The position numbers and the translations under genes were made by a program. A stretch of 64,000 nt of DNA, from NCBI GenBank assembly GCA_016176295.1, contig JACOXN010000003.1, positions 28,212 to 92,211 of the forward strand. The letters run 5' to 3'. Of the stretch, positions 62,508 through 64,000 are shown in pieces (position 1 is the first letter of the stretch; every line of letters begins with the position of its first letter). The stretch is from Candidatus Giovannonibacteria bacterium. Lineage in GTDB: Bacteria; Patescibacteriota; Minisyncoccia; UBA11713; 2-01-FULL-45-33. The notes below the pieces were generated by a model that ran no database searches, was not told the origin of the DNA, and saw nothing but the letters and a program-made list of their open reading frames with translations.

Positions 62508-62551
62508 TCCTTTTCGGTCTCTTGAAATTGCTCGAATTTAAATTCTCCCAT
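62198..62551 (-). CDS. Hypothetical acidic coiled-coil protein
   Basis: 117 aa, highly charged and helical (EEKIEMIKELRKSREMDEGEVREF...AEVEARIAELEEF). Confidence 0.5.
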   Translation of the reverse strand: MGEFKFEQFQETEKDQDRRYADLEQEEKIEMIKELRKSREMDEGEVREFLSDSDEYVQELKKAVEDEKKDAEATPDPKVKADMLREIAEVEARIAELEEFKTASKDAEKFTVRDLKE

Positions 62552-62562
62552 GATTTATCTTA

Positions 62563-63318
62563 TCATTTAGTAGATTTTAAAACAATTATCCTCCCGGAAA
62601 AACAGTTAATAAAATCTTCCGCGCGAACGAAATAATTTTCCTGGGTATCATTATAAAAACCGGCCGGGTCATTGATATAAAATCCTGAAATCCTGCCAAA
62701 ATCGATCTTAAAACCAAGTACCACCACCAAATGTCCGTTTTTATCCACATGGTTAACCCCGCGGTAGCGTATCTGGTTGGAAACCGACGCGATGACAAAA
62801 TTATTTTTTAATATTTCAGAAGCAATAGTATGGATACCTATGAACCATAGCAGTTTTCCGGAAAAACCGAAGCTTTCCGCGAATTTTAAAAATTGATAAT
62901 GCAAAAGCCCGATAAGCCGTTTGGGATTTTCCGGATTTTCTCTGTAACACCCGGCTTTAAACGCCCTCTTCCCCAATTCTACAATCGGAGGAGGCTGGAT
63001 GCCGGTAGCTTTTAAAATCATTGAAAAACAAGCCATCCCGCAAAGCTTGGGCACCCAAAAAACATAGTCATAGAGTGACTCTGCTCCGGAGCCCCGCCAA
63101 TTGGGATCATCGCGAAGATTATCATCATTCTCCACGAACTTTTCCACCATCTGGGGGCTTGCGAACTGGCAAACATAGGGTATCTTGTCTGAAATACGGT
63201 AATCTCCATCCTTCAACGCGGCAATTTTTTTTGCAAATTTTTTTTCCTGAAGATTTCCTGCAATTTTATACCCAAAATATAATAATTTCTTTTTGACCAG
63301 TTTTTTTATCTTACTCAT
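62563..63318 (-). CDS. Peptidase C39-like (papain-fold) domain protein
   Basis: YVCQFASPQ ... KLCGMACFSMILKATG (candidate catalytic Cys) and a downstream NGHLVVVLG (candidate His). Confidence 0.5.
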   Translation of the reverse strand: MSKIKKLVKKKLLYFGYKIAGNLQEKKFAKKIAALKDGDYRISDKIPYVCQFASPQMVEKFVENDDNLRDDPNWRGSGAESLYDYVFWVPKLCGMACFSMILKATGIQPPPIVELGKRAFKAGCYRENPENPKRLIGLLHYQFLKFAESFGFSGKLLWFIGIHTIASEILKNNFVIASVSNQIRYRGVNHVDKNGHLVVVLGFKIDFGRISGFYINDPAGFYNDTQENYFVRAEDFINCFSGRIIVLKSTK

Positions 63319-64000
63319 CGGAGTTCCGCCCCGAATTGCCTGGCGGTTTCGCTATATACATCGTTTTGAATCTTATCGACCTCTTCCGTAACCAACGTCC
63401 TCTCATTCGATCGGTAAACTATCCGATAGGTGTAGCTGGTTTTTCCTTCGCCAAATTTTTCTATATTTTCATATTTGTCCTTAAGCTCTACTTGTTCGAT
63501 AAGATCTCCTCCCAGGTCACGAATAAGGTCAAAATAGTTATTCGGAACGAAAGCATTGGAAACAATAAAAGAAATATCGCGGATTATCGGAGGATATTTG
63601 GAAACTTCCCTGAATTTATTCCCCAGCTTCAGCTGTTTCTTTACTCTGGGGTCATCGGACCAGAGAAGACGGATATCCGGCAATTCCATACTGATTATGG
63701 CCAAGCGCTCCAGCCCGAAACCGAAAGCCCAGCCGCCCCACACTTTTGAATCAACACCCAATTTTTCGAGAACCGAGGGCTGAGCGATGCCGCCGCCCAG
63801 AACTTCCAGCCATTTGCCGTCCTTTTCTATCTCCATTTCAATAGAATCATATGTGTACGGAAAAGAATCATCATTGAACCGATACTTTATGTCCGGACCT
63901 AATGCCGCCTGAGCGATCTTTACAAGCGCCGCTTCGAGATCAAGGCGCGTTATTTTTTTCTTGTCATTCCTCGTCAAATAAAGCCCGTCTATTTGATGAA
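63315..64000 (-). CDS. pheS: Phenylalanine--tRNA ligase, PheS catalytic core fused to a C-terminal FDX-ACB anticodon-binding domain (mitochondrial-type); 5' end outside the window
   Basis: The frame is open to base 64000 (..HQIDGLYL = class II motif 2 FHQxEG). Motif 3 is GWAFGFGLERLAIISMELPDIRLLW. It is followed by SKYPPIIRDISFIV..YFDLIRDLGGDLIEQVELKDKY..YTYRIVYRSNERTLVTEEV, the FDX-ACB pattern seen in human FARS2. Confidence 0.85.
   Translation of the reverse strand, partial: HQIDGLYLTRNDKKKITRLDLEAALVKIAQAALGPDIKYRFNDDSFPYTYDSIEMEIEKDGKWLEVLGGGIAQPSVLEKLGVDSKVWGGWAFGFGLERLAIISMELPDIRLLWSDDPRVKKQLKLGNKFREVSKYPPIIRDISFIVSNAFVPNNYFDLIRDLGGDLIEQVELKDKYENIEKFGEGKTSYTYRIVYRSNERTLVTEEVDKIQNDVYSETARQFGAELR

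Overview
This is an AT-rich, gene-dense window, transcribed almost entirely from the minus strand. Its gene content suggests a Patescibacteria/CPR-type (Parcubacteria-like) genome. That is an inference from lamin-tail-domain surface proteins, ArsR/PaaX mini-regulators, many GT4 genes and a mitochondrial-type PheRS. Bases ~6.5-45.7 kb form one ~39 kb surface-glycan megacluster. It holds a pseudaminic-acid-type nonulosonic acid pathway (PseB/PseC/PseI-like, cytidylyltransferase, GNATs) and an acetamidino-forming trio (PP-loop amidotransferase with HisH/HisF-like partners). It also holds a WbpB/E/D/I-like diacetamido-sugar module, a TagD/TagF-like glycerophosphate module, two KpsC/S-like (Capsule_synth) proteins, an MsbA-like ABC exporter and about seven GT4 transferases. 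The cluster is bracketed by two secreted lamin-tail-domain proteins. The right third is housekeeping: SecD, a thymidylate/nucleotide-salvage cluster, rplK-nusG-secE, gyrB, an M24 peptidase, ddl and pheS. I recognised no rRNA, tRNA, CRISPR array, transposase or integrase. Five signals stand out. (1) A ~115-140 nt multi-helix element occurs twice (956-1095 and 39624-39759), and every helix is supported by compensatory substitutions. (2) A split ATP-citrate-lyase-like trio (ATP-grasp beta, CoA-ligase alpha, short citrate-synthase-like lyase) sits inside the nonulosonic acid operon. (3) A four-helix-bundle ORF between pseC and pseB is flanked by inverted 9-mer/11-mer repeats, like a 23S IVS. (4) Tandem GT4 paralogs differ in that one carries an in-frame GC-rich palindromic insert and inverted heptamer clusters. 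(5) A PheS is fused to an FDX-ACB domain, as in monomeric mitochondrial PheRS. All functional calls rest on motif recognition by eye; no database search was possible.
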